DNA of 64,000 nucleotides from Eutreptiella sp. 'Long Island Sound 2002' (lineage: Eukaryota > Protista > Euglenida). The translations under genes and the position numbers were made by a program. Each line of letters starts with the position of its first letter. The stretch's first letter is position 1. The stretch covers positions 11,346,001 through 11,410,000 of the forward strand of contig OZ038378.1 in assembly GCA_964036045.1 (NCBI GenBank), given 5' to 3'. The notes under the pieces were generated by a model. It saw nothing but the letters and a program-made list of their open reading frames with translations, ran no database searches and had not been told where the DNA came from. Positions 23,101 to 34,900 of this stretch are shown piece by piece.

Positions 23101-26100
23101 ATCTTGCAATCATCAGGACAACATGAGCAAGGGACAGAACATGCACTGCTGGTGGCAGCCATAATAGCATAGTCTAAACCTTGACGGAATCATAGACCCA
23201 ACAGAGCGTCACTCCACCCATTCACCCATTCACCCCAAAGTGAATTACAGTGAAATTGTCCATTTTCATGTGCCAAATCCAAATATGCATAGATACATGC
23301 ATAGATAGGGCTCAACAGGGCGATATGTTGGAGAGTTTCAGCAAAAGGTGGCCAGGGGCAACCCAATGCACACATCTCCACCAGCAGCACACCTGATCAT
23401 GCCCATTCAAATTCTACAAACCTGCCCATCACACCAACCCACCAGCCCGTTGAAGGCTAAAAACCTTCATTTTTGAGATCCTTGACATCAACATGGGGCA
23501 GGGGGGGGGGGGGGGGAGGGTGCAAGGGAACCCCGAATGATCTCAGCCCACAAGGCCTTGGAACAAAGGAGAACCCCACCCGGTAAGGTTACAGCCGTCA
23601 GTCGGGCGGATCATGTCCCCAGAATTCGCACCGCCAGCACGTGGATTTGGGGTGATGAAGCGGCGGCGTCACCCCCCAGGCGTCCCTCTGAGCACTGTTC
23701 TCGGACCTGACTGCTCGTGGTGTGCTGCCCGAAGAATTTCGCGAAGCCGAAATCAATGACTTTGATCTGCATTGTGTCCTGGACCGAAAGAGGAGGAGTG
23801 CACGCCACACCCGCGTCGAACGCTGCACATGCACACACCCACTCTTACAATTTCTGGCGGTTGCAAAACAGAGGGCAGACAGGGGGTGAGGGTCGTTTGG
23901 GTTGTCCCACGCACTGTGTGGGAGCGAGGGCACGAGTGTGGTTTGAGGGGAGCATAAGTGGACATCAGGCTCGCCCGCCCCGAGACCTGTACTGCAACGG
24001 CCAGATGACCTTTAGGCCGCCACATCTGCGTCACTCCGCACTTCATGGCCTGTGCCCTGTTTCTACATCGTCCCAACACCCTCTACGTCGGTGGGGTCCG
24101 TGCAGTACAGCCGTCGTCCCGTGCCATATCTCCCGCATGACCTGCTTTGGGTGGTCAAGGTCATGTGGGTCCATAGGGCTTGAGGGAAGGGAGGGGGGGG
24201 GGGGGGGGCTCTGTGGGTCACAGTGGAATGCCACTCTGTTGGTGCCCCCGTGGTGTGCCCTCCCCTGCCGGCGCCGGCAGGCCTTGCACGTGGTCTTGCC
24301 GAGGAGTGCAAACTTCGGAGGGTGCCCCCCACCACATCCGATGTGGGCAGTACGGCGCAGGGGCAGGGCCACACCTTCACCATGAGGATGTTCTCGGGCT
24401 TCAGGTCCCGATGCACGATCTTCTGATCGCTGTGCAAATACCGCAGTGCCTCCATCAGCTGCTTTGTGATCTGCATCGCCTCCTGAACACAAGGGCACGG
24501 CCGGGGGCCTGCGGACGGGAGGGGGCGACTCCCAACAAGTGTAGCCGGACTGCCCCCGTGGCGTCCACTCCTGTGCAAGTGCTGGTACGCTTGTACCACG
24601 CCCCCCCCCCCCCCTGCGCAAACATGGGCCAGGTTCCATTAACATGCGGAAACGCGGGATGGCAGTGTTTCTTCAAGGGCGTGTTTGCGCCCGACACATA
24701 GCACGGAACACACGTTGCAGACATACCCCTCAAAACACGACAATAGAAGGCAATATCCTCATCTGCACAACTCAGGTATCATTCAGTTGCTTGCATTCTG
24801 CTTGGCTGAACCCAACAGAACCTGTTGCCAACCTTGCGCATCATTTTGAAGCGCTGAACACGCTGAAGCGAGCAGGCACCACTCATCGTTCGTGTACTGC
24901 TGGTATGTGACCGGCAGCCGGCAGTAAACATGGCATTGTTCATGGCCACAGAATGGTGCCCGACGGGCCAGCGTACACACCACAACACACGAGCACGCGC
25001 AAGAACAGCTGCGCGCACACGGCTACACCCAACTTGACCTCTCCTACAGCCTGCACAAAGCTGCAAACCACATTTTCATGCAATTGGAACCGCAAGAAAC
25101 ATGGTTCCAAAAAAAAAGTCCCAAAAAGTGTGGGAACACAGGGTCGCCGTGGTAGGACAAGGGGGTGCTTGCGCAAGGGAGGTACCCTTCGGCCTCTTGT
25201 TTCCAAGTGCAGCCTTCGGGTGAAAGATGGGTTGGTCAGGACTTTACCACATGCAGGTAAGGGGGCGAGGGGGGTCACCAGAGGGCACACACCTGTTCTG
25301 ATAGGTAGCCTCTTTTAATGATGAAATCAAACAACTCTCCACCATCGATATACTCCAGCACTAAATACACCTGGAAATAAGCAACGGTCCCTGGCACTCG
25401 CCCTCTGGCAGTCTCGGCACCCCTCCGCCCCCACCCACCCTCCCCCCTGGCACAGCACCAGACGACACTCGCACACCGCAACGTCGGACTGGAACGCATC
25501 AAAGAGCTGGATGCAATACGGTGACTGGATGCGCTTCAGGATTTCGATTTCGTGCAACAAGTTCCTCCAATGCTCCTTAGTAAGCCTCGGTCCTGAATTG
25601 CGCAGATGCATGGGTTTGCAACCTCGACTGCATAGCGGAAGGGGTGGAGTACCGGGTCGGCTCCTCCTGCAATCCCCGACAGTGGGGAGGGGGTCAGGGG
25701 GCATCCATGCTGAATGAGTATGCCGGTTGGAACTTCCGGGTGTATGTGCGTGTTCCTCTTTTGAGGAGGGCGTCCTCCACGGATAGGTGGGTTTGTACCC
25801 ATTGGACTGGGGTGAAGCGGGCGGGTTCAAAAATTGCGAAAACAGGTCACCAAGAGCTCAAAATGGGCTTAAATGCTTGTTTGGGCATCCCAAGTGGAGC
25901 ACTTTTGGAAAAAATGCTTGGCAGTAGTTTGGTGGTGGTGGTGGTGGTTACCACATTCACGTGGTGGGTGGGGTGGGGGGGCTTTGCACCCAGTGTTTTC
26001 CGCAGGGGTAAACCCCGGATTTCTTTCGCACCACGTCCCCAAATTGTTCCGGTAAAACGTATTGCCTTGGGGAAGGCACCTTGAAGAGAGAGAGAAATCG

Positions 26101-29100
26101 AATTTTCAGGTGCCACTAAACAGCCTAAACAATAGCAATTTTGGGCACAACTCCTTTTTCTGTCTGTAGGCCTATGCACAGAGGTTGAGGGGCGTGGAGA
26201 GGGGGCCGCTGAGAGTTCTGCCCCCATAAAGGCCCTCCACCTGTGGAGTAAACAACAGCAATTTTGGGGGTTTCAGGGGGCCTAGCGGCCACTGCGTGGG
26301 TCCCCGCAAGTGCTTAAGTACACAGATTGTCACCAAATGGTCGCCCAAACCCATCCCAGGGGCAATAGAAGAGTTTCAGAAAAAGTCGAATTTTGCAAAA
26401 TTTTCAGGTGCCACTGAACAACGCAAATAGTAATTTTGGGCACGACTCCTGTTGTCATCCATAGGCCTATGTACAGAGGTAGAGGGGCGCACCCCCATTT
26501 ATGGGGCACGGCGGTTGAGAGGGAGGAGCTGGTTGAGGATAGGTCTCTTCTGTGCTCGCCTCCCCATGGAGCCGATCCGGCTGCCCTCCACTATGCGTAC
26601 CCCTCCCCGAGCAGGAGGACCGGTTCAGTCCCAGGGCCAACAAACTGGCCTGCCGCCTCGTCTGCCAGCATAAACAACGTCTTTGTGAATTGCGGCCGTT
26701 GTGCGTTGATTTGGACCCAGGGTCCTGAGACCTTTTTGCTTGTTTATGGATCCCCCTAACCCGTGGCGGGGGTCCTGAGTCCCAAGTCCGGGTATCCCTG
26801 GTCACCCCCCCCCATTCCACACCCCGAAACGGAGTACCCGGGTAAGGGAGGGGTAGGGGGGCGGGGGTCAAAATGGAAAAATTCACTGGGGATCATTTTG
26901 TCTCCCAAAATGATCATTTTACAAGGGGTTACACATCCGATACCATACCTTGGGGTATGTTATGGGAATAGCCCCCAAAAGGGGGGGAGGGGGTATACAG
27001 CGTCCGCACCTGCGCTTGATCTAAAACCCTCTTCGGGGTGATTTTGCATCCATCCCCCAGGGCCGCCACTGCAAAGACAATGGCACGAGTGATGGAACAC
27101 ACATCCTCGACAGAAACAAGTGGTACGCAAGGAACTAAAATGTAATGTTTCCCACAACAGATCGGCTCAGTCACGCAGCCCAGCCCATGCCCCTTGGGGG
27201 GTTTGTGCACAGCGCGCGCACATCATGCAATACCCCCCCTGAATACGGCGATCCTTGGCTGGCTGGCAGGTGGGTCAGCGATGCTGATCGGTGGTCCCCG
27301 ATTCAAATCCCCATGGCTGGTTTGGGCACTGTGCTGTGTGCGGTGACCCACCGGAAGGCATTCACCAGTGTGAACCATGGTACAGGGGGCCCATGTAAAA
27401 CAACTACCCATGGGGGGGGGGGGGCATAGCAACGGGCCATACGCCGACTCCTTCCCAATTTCAGACCACTTTCAGGGTGGGGTGGGGATGGGGGGGGGGG
27501 GGCTGGGTGTGGGGGTCTGGGGCCAGCCGGGATGGGGGGGGGGGGCGGACCTTAATATATATGGCTTAAAATGACCGCCTCATCGCGCTGATCACTTTGA
27601 GGTATGTATGTTGGGGCAAAGAAAATTGAAACAGGGGGGGGGGGGGCATGGTAGGTGGTACTTTTGTGTCAAGGCATAGCACCTGCGAGTCAATTCCTGG
27701 CCACTATTGCTATTGCAAAGGGGACAAAATCAGAAGTGGCTACATCACCCCTGCCTTCTCGGGGGCCCAAAAGTGGGCGGAATTGCTACATAAGCCCTGC
27801 GTTCTCAGGGGTCCCCAACAAAGGGGACAAAATCAGAAGTGGCCACCCCTGCCTTGGAAAAGTAGATTCATGGATTCATGATGAGGCATGGAAAAAAAAG
27901 GGAGAAGGCAAGTCCAGCCCCATACCACCACTATCCCCTGATGCCTCACTTTTGCCAGCACTAGGACTTGAACCTAGGACTCTCTAATTGCAGGTGCAGT
28001 GTTCCACCAACTAGGTGGGTGGCCATCTCTGGCAAATGGTGCTCAGGGATGGGAAACTGATTTTGGGCTAACCGAAAAGTGCAAGTTTTTGTCCGCTTTT
28101 GAATTCTCCCAAAAATTCCGAGTATATTGAATATAGACACATGGTGAAAACACATCCCTTTTACCCTTTGCTAGCTGAAGCAAAATTTTGTTAATGGTCC
28201 GGCACTTTCCTCCCAACTTCCAAGGATGGGGGGGGGATCGGCGTCAAGGACCTAGATCCGGTGACCCCCCCTTGTGCAACTACCACGCGGTCCAGTGTAC
28301 AACTCTTTGTATGGGTCCAGTGTACAACTCTTTGTATCACAGCCAGGGCGGTCCTTAACGGGAAAAAAAAAAGTGTTCCAGAACCAGTTCTCCCAAAAAA
28401 GCCCGCGGGCACTCCATGTGCTCAACCATGGTTGGTGGCGGTTGGCGGTTGGCGGTTGGCGGCGGTTGGCGGTTGGCGGTCGGCAACTGGCGGTTGGTGG
28501 CGGTTGGTGGTGGTTGGCGGCGGTTGGTGGTTGGTGATTGGTGGTTGGTGGCGGTTGGCAGTGGTTGGCAGTTGGCGGTTGGTCGCCGCTGGCGGTTGGT
28601 GGCTGGCAGTTGGTGGCGGTTGGTGGCGGTTGGCGGTTGATGGGAGTTGGCGGTTGGTGGTTGGTGGTCCCTTGGGGCGGTCCTTAAGGGCGGTCCTTAA
28701 GGGCGGTCCTTAGCAAAAAAAAAAAAATCTGGTCCCTTAAGGACCGCCCTGATCACAGCGCTCTTCCCTGCCCTGTTCACTGCGTGCACTGGCCATGCCT
28801 GACTACACCCCTTGACCATGTTCCTGTCCCAATTGCGCAACACTCATACACAAGTAACACACGCAACATCATTGCTTGATGCACAGCAGTGTCAACCCGT
28901 GCATCACCCTTTGCAGGCACACCACGGCAATCGGGCAGTTGCCGTGGAGAATTCAGTCCAGAAGCCGCCAACAGATGTGAGGAGGCACGTAGTTCCCAGT
29001 CCAATTTGGACCTTTGGCCTCTACGTGCCTGTTGCTCAGGCCGCTCACACAACTCTCCTCCCTCGCACTCCGTACCCACGTGTCTGTGTGCACTTGTCGC

Positions 29101-31942
29101 CTTTCCTGCAACTCATTTCACTCAACTCAACTCAACTCACCACCCACAGTGACAGCCCAAATCGCAGCCACAAGAACAGTCACTGCCTCAATCACAGCCC
29201 CAGTCCCAATCACAACCACCTTGAGGTACAGGCACGAGCCTAGTAACTGCAGCAGTTTCCATCCCCTGGCCACAGCCCCAATCACAGTCACAGTCAAAGC
29301 CCTGTCCCCCCGCGGGCCTCCGCAGAAAGAGGGCCATGGGGGGACTCGGGAGTCTGGCATTCCCAATGCCCATGCTTGTTGCCCCGCACCTCGCACGTCG
29401 CCTCCTGCGTTTGTACTTGTTTACCCCCCCCCCCCCCTGCGCAACCACCGCCTTGTCTAAGCACCAGGACCCGGTCTGACCGTCACTTTCCTGACTTTCC
29501 TAGTGCTTGCGCAAGGTTGTGAGGCAGGCACAGTTTGGGTCTTGGTGGGTAGCCGCTCGGCTTAACTGATGGGGCAAAGTTCCCTTCAGCGCCTTTGGCC
29601 AAGCCAATCATTTCTCTACTGCTGGTGGTCGACATTTTTGTTCAGTGCCCTCAGCGGCAACCAAAACCCAGCACCGCCACCCAACATTCCCCTTTCCCTA
29701 GACACCCCAGCCTCTGACCCGCCCCCTCCCCATGTGTGCCGGCGCACCAGTGCAGGCAACCCCATGGCACTCCGGTGCGCCGGAGCATGGGCGCTGCCGA
29801 GGGGTTGAGAAAACCAGGGAATCCAGGTTCAGGGTCAGGGCCCAAGCCCCATCTGCCTGCCTATGGGTACAGCACACCAGCCTCAACCTTCAGGGCACAG
29901 CTCCTGCCCCAATCGCTCCGACGGCCCAATCACAATCAGCACCAATCGCAGCCGCAGCCCTCATCACAGTCACAACCTCAACAGCAGCCACCCTCCGATC
30001 ACCATCACAGCCCCAAGCAACAGGCTCCATCACAGTCACATTCGCGGAACCTTTTCTAATGACTTTGACGGCGTACCATTCGCCAACTTTGGGTCCATCT
30101 TCTGTGCGCGACAATATGCACTGCGCCCTGGAGGAGTGGACGCAACAGGCAGTGCCTGGGACACACGAGCTGCAGCCCTTTGTTGATGGAAGAGCACCTC
30201 GAATCCCGTCACAATACCCCGCGGGACTGCTAGGCCCCTGAAATGGGCCAAAAGGGGTGGTTGGGTACCACACCGTGGAAGCTCAAGGGGGGGGTATCTG
30301 CGCCGCGCGCGCACCGAACGCTACTTTTACGGCTTATCCCCTCCCAAAATGGCCCCTTGGGAGCAACCACCACTACTTCAGGGTCTCCCTGCTGGATTGT
30401 CGATTTTTGTTACCCTTGTCCCAATGGCGGAGGGATATGACAGGTCTTCTGGCCTAGCCCCCAGCCAGTCTACAGCTGCTTGGTCGGGCCAGACGGCTAA
30501 ATCTCCGCGATGCACGCGCACCGAGTCAGGTGCTCCCCCAAGTGGCCCAGCCCCTCTGTACAGCCCCACGCCACAGATCTGCCTCCTCCTGCCGGTACAA
30601 ACTGCCCGACGGGGTCTTGGCAGGTGCCCTACCCCCTTACGCCAGGACGGCCGTGTCCGACCGCGCCTGAACGTTGTCTCTTTGGCGGAGGGAAGTTTTG
30701 GTGGACAACACCGATGTCCACAGAATGTGGGGCTTGTGCCCCCGTTGGCACAACAGCAGAATCACGTCTCAACGCCAGAGGCTGGCGAATGAGACGTGGC
30801 CGCTGCGAACTGACTAACGGCATTTCTGATGTCGAAGGCGGATGGTGAGCTTACAAAGGGTCTCAATGGACCGGCACTGCTTTGGTGGTTCAAAACCGGC
30901 ACGCAGTGGTGACACGGCCAAAGATGGCGGCCACCGAATTGCAGCTTCGGCGGGTGTCCACACCGCAAGCCTCCTCCCCCGCCCCATTCTCCGCCCTCCC
31001 GCTCTTTCAGGGAATGTCGCCATGTGAGGCCTGCGGGCGCCCGCAGGGGAGTGGGCGCCACAGGGCAGTGGTGCTGCAACAGTGCGCAGTCGGACAGACT
31101 TTCCACTCTGACACTCAAAATTGCGCTTTCCCTCCCAGACTTGGGTTTTGGCTCTCCGACCGCGTGGGTCGGCACTGGGCACTGCAACAATTCTGCTTCG
31201 GCGGGCATCACCATTTTCTGCACAAAGCTGGATTGGGAAAGACGATGCGATATGGAACCTGCGGCCACCTGGAATAGCGTTCGGCCGTCCAAGTGCTTGC
31301 ACAGTCACTACTGCGATCAATCCCCAGCAGCTCCCAACCGGGAGAGGGGGTGTCGCTCTACCCGGAACAAAATGCGGAGGAGACTGTCCCAACGCAGCCT
31401 TCGGTAGGAAGGGGGATAAGGCTGACCACATCATCCCTGATGTGGATACGGATGGGATGTGACGATGACCCTGGATATGCGGCTGCAGAAGTGCGATTGG
31501 CTGTGGATGTGGCTGTGGCTGGAAATGTGCCAATGGATGTGGAGTTGGATATGGATGTGGCTGTGGATGCGGCCCTGACCATGCTTGTGGCGGGTGTGAA
31601 TGTGACATTGGCTTCGGCGATGGCTGCATGTGCCTGCAAACGTCGCACTGTGGCTGTGGCTGTGGCTGTGGCTGTGGCTGTGGCTGTGGCTGTGGCTGTG
31701 GCTGTGGCTGTGGCTGTGGCTGTAGGGGACTGCAGCCCTCATCCCCCATTGCAGTGGGCAGCAACATACTTGTGGACTGTACCGTACGTTCCCTCGCCGA
31801 GTTTACTGGAATGGGGCTTCCAGTCGAAAAAATCCGTCACGGATCCAAAAGGAACGAACTCCGAATAGTTGCGCGGCTGTGCCGGGGCTTTGGGTGGGAG
31901 GCCGGCGCTTCCCTCGGCACCAGGCTGCGGTGGGCTGGCCAT
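8165..31942 (-). CDS. CAMK-group (CaMK-like) Ser/Thr protein kinase, 14 exons, about 538-563 aa
   Basis: Phase-consistent GT-AG exons: 31942-31770, 30127-30051, 25592-25477, 25370-25293, 24482-24375, 23778-23707 (or 23632), 19506-19360, 18411-18245, 16868-16776, 15561-15420, 14110-14024, 11991-11893, 10286-10138, 8273-8165. Motifs in order: LGEGTYGTV, YAVK, HEIEIL, HRDLKPEN, DFG, YCAPE, DVFAAGVITYVMLSGTFPF, WSNVSEDAK, HPWL. Confidence 0.9.
9520..9624. repeat. Short foldback with 24-bp inverted arms; related ends near 26105-26145 and 26405-26440
   Basis: ttaggctatttagtggcacttgaa versus ttcaaatgccactaaatagcctaa (23 of 24 complementary). Confidence 0.85.
12661..13023. repeat. Dispersed repeat family copy 1 (direct repeat of 14375-14744)
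   Basis: Near-identical about 360-bp segment starting after a C-run (gtgtgacattcc...ggggccctggacagtcacccg...ccacaggccgtccatagcc). Confidence 0.92.
14375..14744. repeat. Dispersed repeat family copy 2
   Basis: Matches 12661-13023; the downstream bodies diverge. Confidence 0.92.
15420..15561 (-). CDS. Kinase exon 10 (RPLAHDTFGHPWL...acidic DDDD)
   Basis: End-of-domain HPWL motif; AG|A completes the conserved Arg. Confidence 0.88.
16776..16868 (-). CDS. Kinase exon 9, subdomains X-XI
   Basis: GPKFPDRRWSNVSEDAKAYCRWLLDPDRRNR; phases match both neighbours. Confidence 0.92.
18245..18411 (-). CDS. Kinase exon 8, subdomain IX
   Basis: ILKRLL...KLDVFAAGVITYVMLSGTFPF; GT-AG ends. Confidence 0.92.
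18906..20366. repeat. Direct repeat pair 18906-19070 and 20196-20366 bracketing kinase exon 7
   Basis: Shared gcgcgctgtgggggcatgcgtgtcgccacggagtgtggacggtccgctgtccgcacgtccccaggac. Confidence 0.9.
19360..19506 (-). CDS. Kinase exon 7 (TAGEYCLTPG...VTPLGSIKYCAPE)
   Basis: Acceptor cccttttcgcag, donor GTGTGC, 49 codons. Confidence 0.85.
21262..22296. repeat. Degenerate GC-rich minisatellite (gggctgcagtacagtgg-like, 21470-22010) inside imperfect inverted repeats
   Basis: ccttaacacgct at 21274-21285 and agcgtgttaagg at 22275-22286; also (AAAC)n at about 22148-22170. Confidence 0.75.
23632..23778 (-). CDS. Kinase exon 6, DFG; donor at 23707 or 23632 (both phase 0)
   Basis: DTMQIKVIDFGFAKFFGQHTTSSQ; two candidate donors, GTCCGA and GTGCGA. 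Confidence 0.85.
24375..24482 (-). CDS. Kinase exon 5, catalytic loop HRDLKPEN
   Basis: gtgttcag acceptor, GTGTGG donor, 36 codons. Confidence 0.95.
25293..25592 (-). CDS. Kinase exons 3 (25592-25477) and 4 (25370-25293), separated by a 106-nt intron
   Basis: GPRLTKEHWRNLLHEIEILKRIQSPYCIQLFDAFQSDVA|VYLVLEYIDGGELFDFIIKRGYLSEQ; GT-AG ends, phases match. Confidence 0.92.
26850..26995. repeat. AT-rich dispersed element; inverted homologue at about 57245-57390
   Basis: Shared caaaat-atnattttacaaggggtta...aatagc-ccaaaa-gggggg. Confidence 0.75.
27718..27855. repeat. About 55-bp unit satellite-like family; other copies at about 6015-6135 and 32710-32790
   Basis: Recurring gctac-a-cccctgccttctcggggg and aaggggacaaaatcagaagtggc motifs. 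Confidence 0.85.
27953..28023 (-). pseudogene. Degenerate tRNA-like sequence (possibly Cys-derived; pseudogene or SINE head)
   Basis: Perfect T-arm CTAGG-TTCAAGT-CCTAG; acceptor and anticodon stems mismatched; loop contains GCA. Confidence 0.5.
28344..28751. mobile_element. Non-autonomous hAT-type DNA transposon (MITE), 408 bp
   Basis: Perfect 15-bp TIRs (CAGGGCGGTCCTTAA at 28344-28358, reverse complement at 28737-28751), identical 8-bp TSD ATCACAGC (28336-28343, 28752-28759), internal GGYGGTT tandem array. Confidence 0.9.
30051..30127 (-). CDS. Kinase exon 2 (KAQCILSR...WYAVKVIRK), catalytic Lys
   Basis: ctccag acceptor completes AA|G; donor GTTCCG (phase 1). Confidence 0.88.
30282..30539. 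repeat. Dispersed repeat, homologous to 575-925
   Basis: Same core, direct orientation. Confidence 0.92.
31645..31722. repeat. (TGGCTG)n microsatellite with a degenerate extension back to about 31495
   Basis: Direct reading; it generates the spurious PQ, HS, VA and CG repeat ORFs. Confidence 0.95.
31770..31942 (-). CDS. Kinase exon 1 (MASPPQPG...LGEGTYGTVH), Gly-rich loop
   Basis: ATG at 31942, subdomain I, donor GTATGT (phase 2). Confidence 0.9.
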
Positions 31943-34900
31943 AGTATGTCTGAGAAACAAAGAATGGGGTATGTAAGCGAGGCATGCCAAGGGAGGATGG
32001 GAGGTGGAAAGACGATTCATGTTTAAAAAAAAAAAAGCAAAAGTGAATGATACAAGCCTCACTATTCAAATGTGGTAGCAGAGGAATTCACATGGACCAT
32101 ATGGCGAGACAGCAAAAGACTTCAGCACTGGGAATATTGCTTCCAGAACTATTCCACAGGGGAGTGTTTGCCCTGCGCGTGCCCTGCACGCACCCTGCGC
32201 GCTACTTTTATGATGACTTTCCCAAATTGAGTCCCCGAGTTTACCATTACCACATGAATCCCCTGAGTAGACCAACAGATGCCTCTTGCCTACCAAATAA
32301 TGCAACAAACCATCTGTGCACAACATTGAACAGACTGCCACAGACTGCCATATCCTCTGGACGGATTTGATCGTAGTCTGGGATCGGTAGCCGTGTGGCC
32401 ATTTTGGCGAGCGAGTCCACCTCCCCACTGCGGGCCTTGGTCTCTTGGCAGTGACTGGGGATCTACTTCATGGTGACTCGCTTGTGTTGCGTGTGATCGC
32501 ACACCTTGTGCGGACATCGGAATAAGAGCACTCCCGTGCGGGTCGTTTGTTGGCACATTTGGTCACGGCCATGTTGTCGATGTACTGCTTGTCGCCGTTG
32601 GATGTGCCTTCAGGCTACTTTTCATTGTACTAACCCCTTCAAATGCACCAAAGTGTAGAGGAAGCAAACATGGTACCCATAGGCCTCCGGGTGGCGCCCT
32701 AGGACCCGCAGGGACAAAATCGGACCTAGCTACCAAACCCATGCCTTCTCGGGGGCCCAAAAATGGGCGGATTGGCTACATAGCGGAAATAGCCCAAAAA
32801 AGTTGCCCTATGCACGCCCTGCGCGCTAACGCGGGAGAGCGAGAGAGGGAGAGAGTGGGAGAGAGACCCACAGAGCAAGAGTCGGGGGCTAACCGGCGCT
32901 GAGGGAGGGTGGTGGGTTCGAGCTGACCAGGGTGTATGGGAAGCCATGGCAGCAAAGAGCAGTTTAATGGTGAAACAACGGGGCGCCATTGCGCCCCTGG
33001 AGCACAGGCGCGACACGTCGTTACGTGTCGGAAAACCTGAGCATGACAGGGGCAGCGAGAATGCGGCCCATGTGAGGGTGTTGGGTGCGAGTAGACATGG
33101 ATATGTGGGCGGCCAGTGCACGCATGGTGTGGTACTGAAAAGGTAGGCTCCACAGTACAACAATGATCTGTTGAAGTGTCCAGCCACCAAAACTTTTCGT
33201 GCAACGTTGACACGCCTTTGCGCCACCAAAGGCGCCTTTGCGCCCCCGAAGTTCGAGTATGCACGTCCGCACGTGCCAGAGAGCAAGAGCAAGACAGGGG
33301 CAGCATGAGCACGACCTGCAGGGCAAGGGTTAGCGACTAACCGGCACTGTGGGAGGGTGGTTGGTGCGAGCTGACCTCAGTGTACAGATGACCAAAGCCA
33401 AAGCCAAAGCCAAAGCACATTGAACTAGACGCACCAAATTAGGGGTCAAGTTGGTGTCTGACCTGACTCCAAGGTAATCAACACCACGATTGGATTAAGA
33501 AGAGGAGGCACAATTGAACAACACACGATCAGGGATGAATCCATTTTCGAGGAACCCACCCCATTCTTCACAGCATAGCAACCATTCAATCGGACGCAAC
33601 TATGGGCTGAGATGTCCCAGATCGTCCCTGCAACCGTGGGACTGTGTGTCTGTTGGATTGAGGGGTTCAATATTGTTGCTGACTTCCTGACATCAATGGA
33701 AGCCGGAATAGCAGCCATTGAACTAAAGGCAATCTGCCACAAGCATTCCTTGCCTATCAAGGGACCACATGCTGATGTCCTAAAAAGAATCGTGGATCAT
33801 TACAGTTCTATCTATTTGGCACGAACTGGGCAGCAGCATATGAATGTTGTTGTGCTGCTTGAAAAATATTCCCCTCCCATGTCACTTGCTTGATACATTT
33901 CTCGAACTTTCCTTTTCTTGTTGATGTTTGCATCCATTTCAGCAAACCCACCAAGCACAATACCGACTCCACGGGGTCTCTCTAGGATGACAGCAAGATG
34001 TTGAATCACGGTGCAAAACAATGACGCTAACCCGCACAGACTATGCTGGACACCCATGGCCCTTTCGTCATTCCTTGAGGGTGGCTTCCTCAGGGTGCTT
34101 CTTGATGCAAAAAACATGACTGGCTAATGAGCGCCCTGGGCACAGGGGGAGGGGCGGCAGGGATAAAGGCCAGAGGGGGCAGAGGAGGCAGAGGGTGGGG
34201 TGAAGTGGGGAGTGCCACAAAAGCCGGAGGGGCGGGCGGCGGGATTCCAAAAAGGCCCAAGGGGGCGAGGGGAGGGGGGTTTGTTTAGGGCCGGCTGCAT
34301 GGCAGAGTAGTGTCACGCCCTGCCACATTATTTGGGCTGGGCCAGGATGGATGATTGATCCGAATGGTGAAATAGAAAGATTGATTCTGTGAAAACGGCC
34401 CCTCGTAGGACCCCATTCCTCGGATCCTGCCCCCATCTGTGAAAACGATAGTAATTTGCAGGTTTTGAATTGGAAATGCTGTTTGGTGGCCGATCCTGTT
34501 GGATCATTTATTCATAAACAACTGAGAACCGGCCAGACTACCCCTTGAGCACGGCCATCAACAGCACACAGAACCCATTGCCATTCGCCATTTTGCGGAT
34601 TTTTTTTTGTGCATTCGCCAGTCCAAAGTTGGGCCCTAGGCGGGGGAGCAGAATCATGGCTAAGCCACGGGATATAAATAAATAAATGGATAAATAAAAT
34701 GAATCAAGTAAATAAATAGAAGGCAGATAAGTAGATGGACGGAGCAAGTGAGAAAGACGTGAAGAATAGAGGCAGAGGCGATTTGCCATTTTGCGTAATT
34801 GTTGTTGATCCGCAGGCGGAGGTTCCATGCAAAGGGAGAAAATCAGAGTGTGCATTGTGTCAGAAAAAAAAACAAGGCCCACGACCCACAGCACAGAAAC

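Noticed and set aside
28261-28713. Trp/Gly/Val-rich ORFs
   Set aside because: Translation of the GGYGGTT array inside the hAT MITE.
30814-31767. 317-aa ORF with a PQ repeat, and overlapping HS/VA/CG-repeat ORFs
   Set aside because: Produced by the (TGGCTG)n microsatellite inside kinase intron 1.
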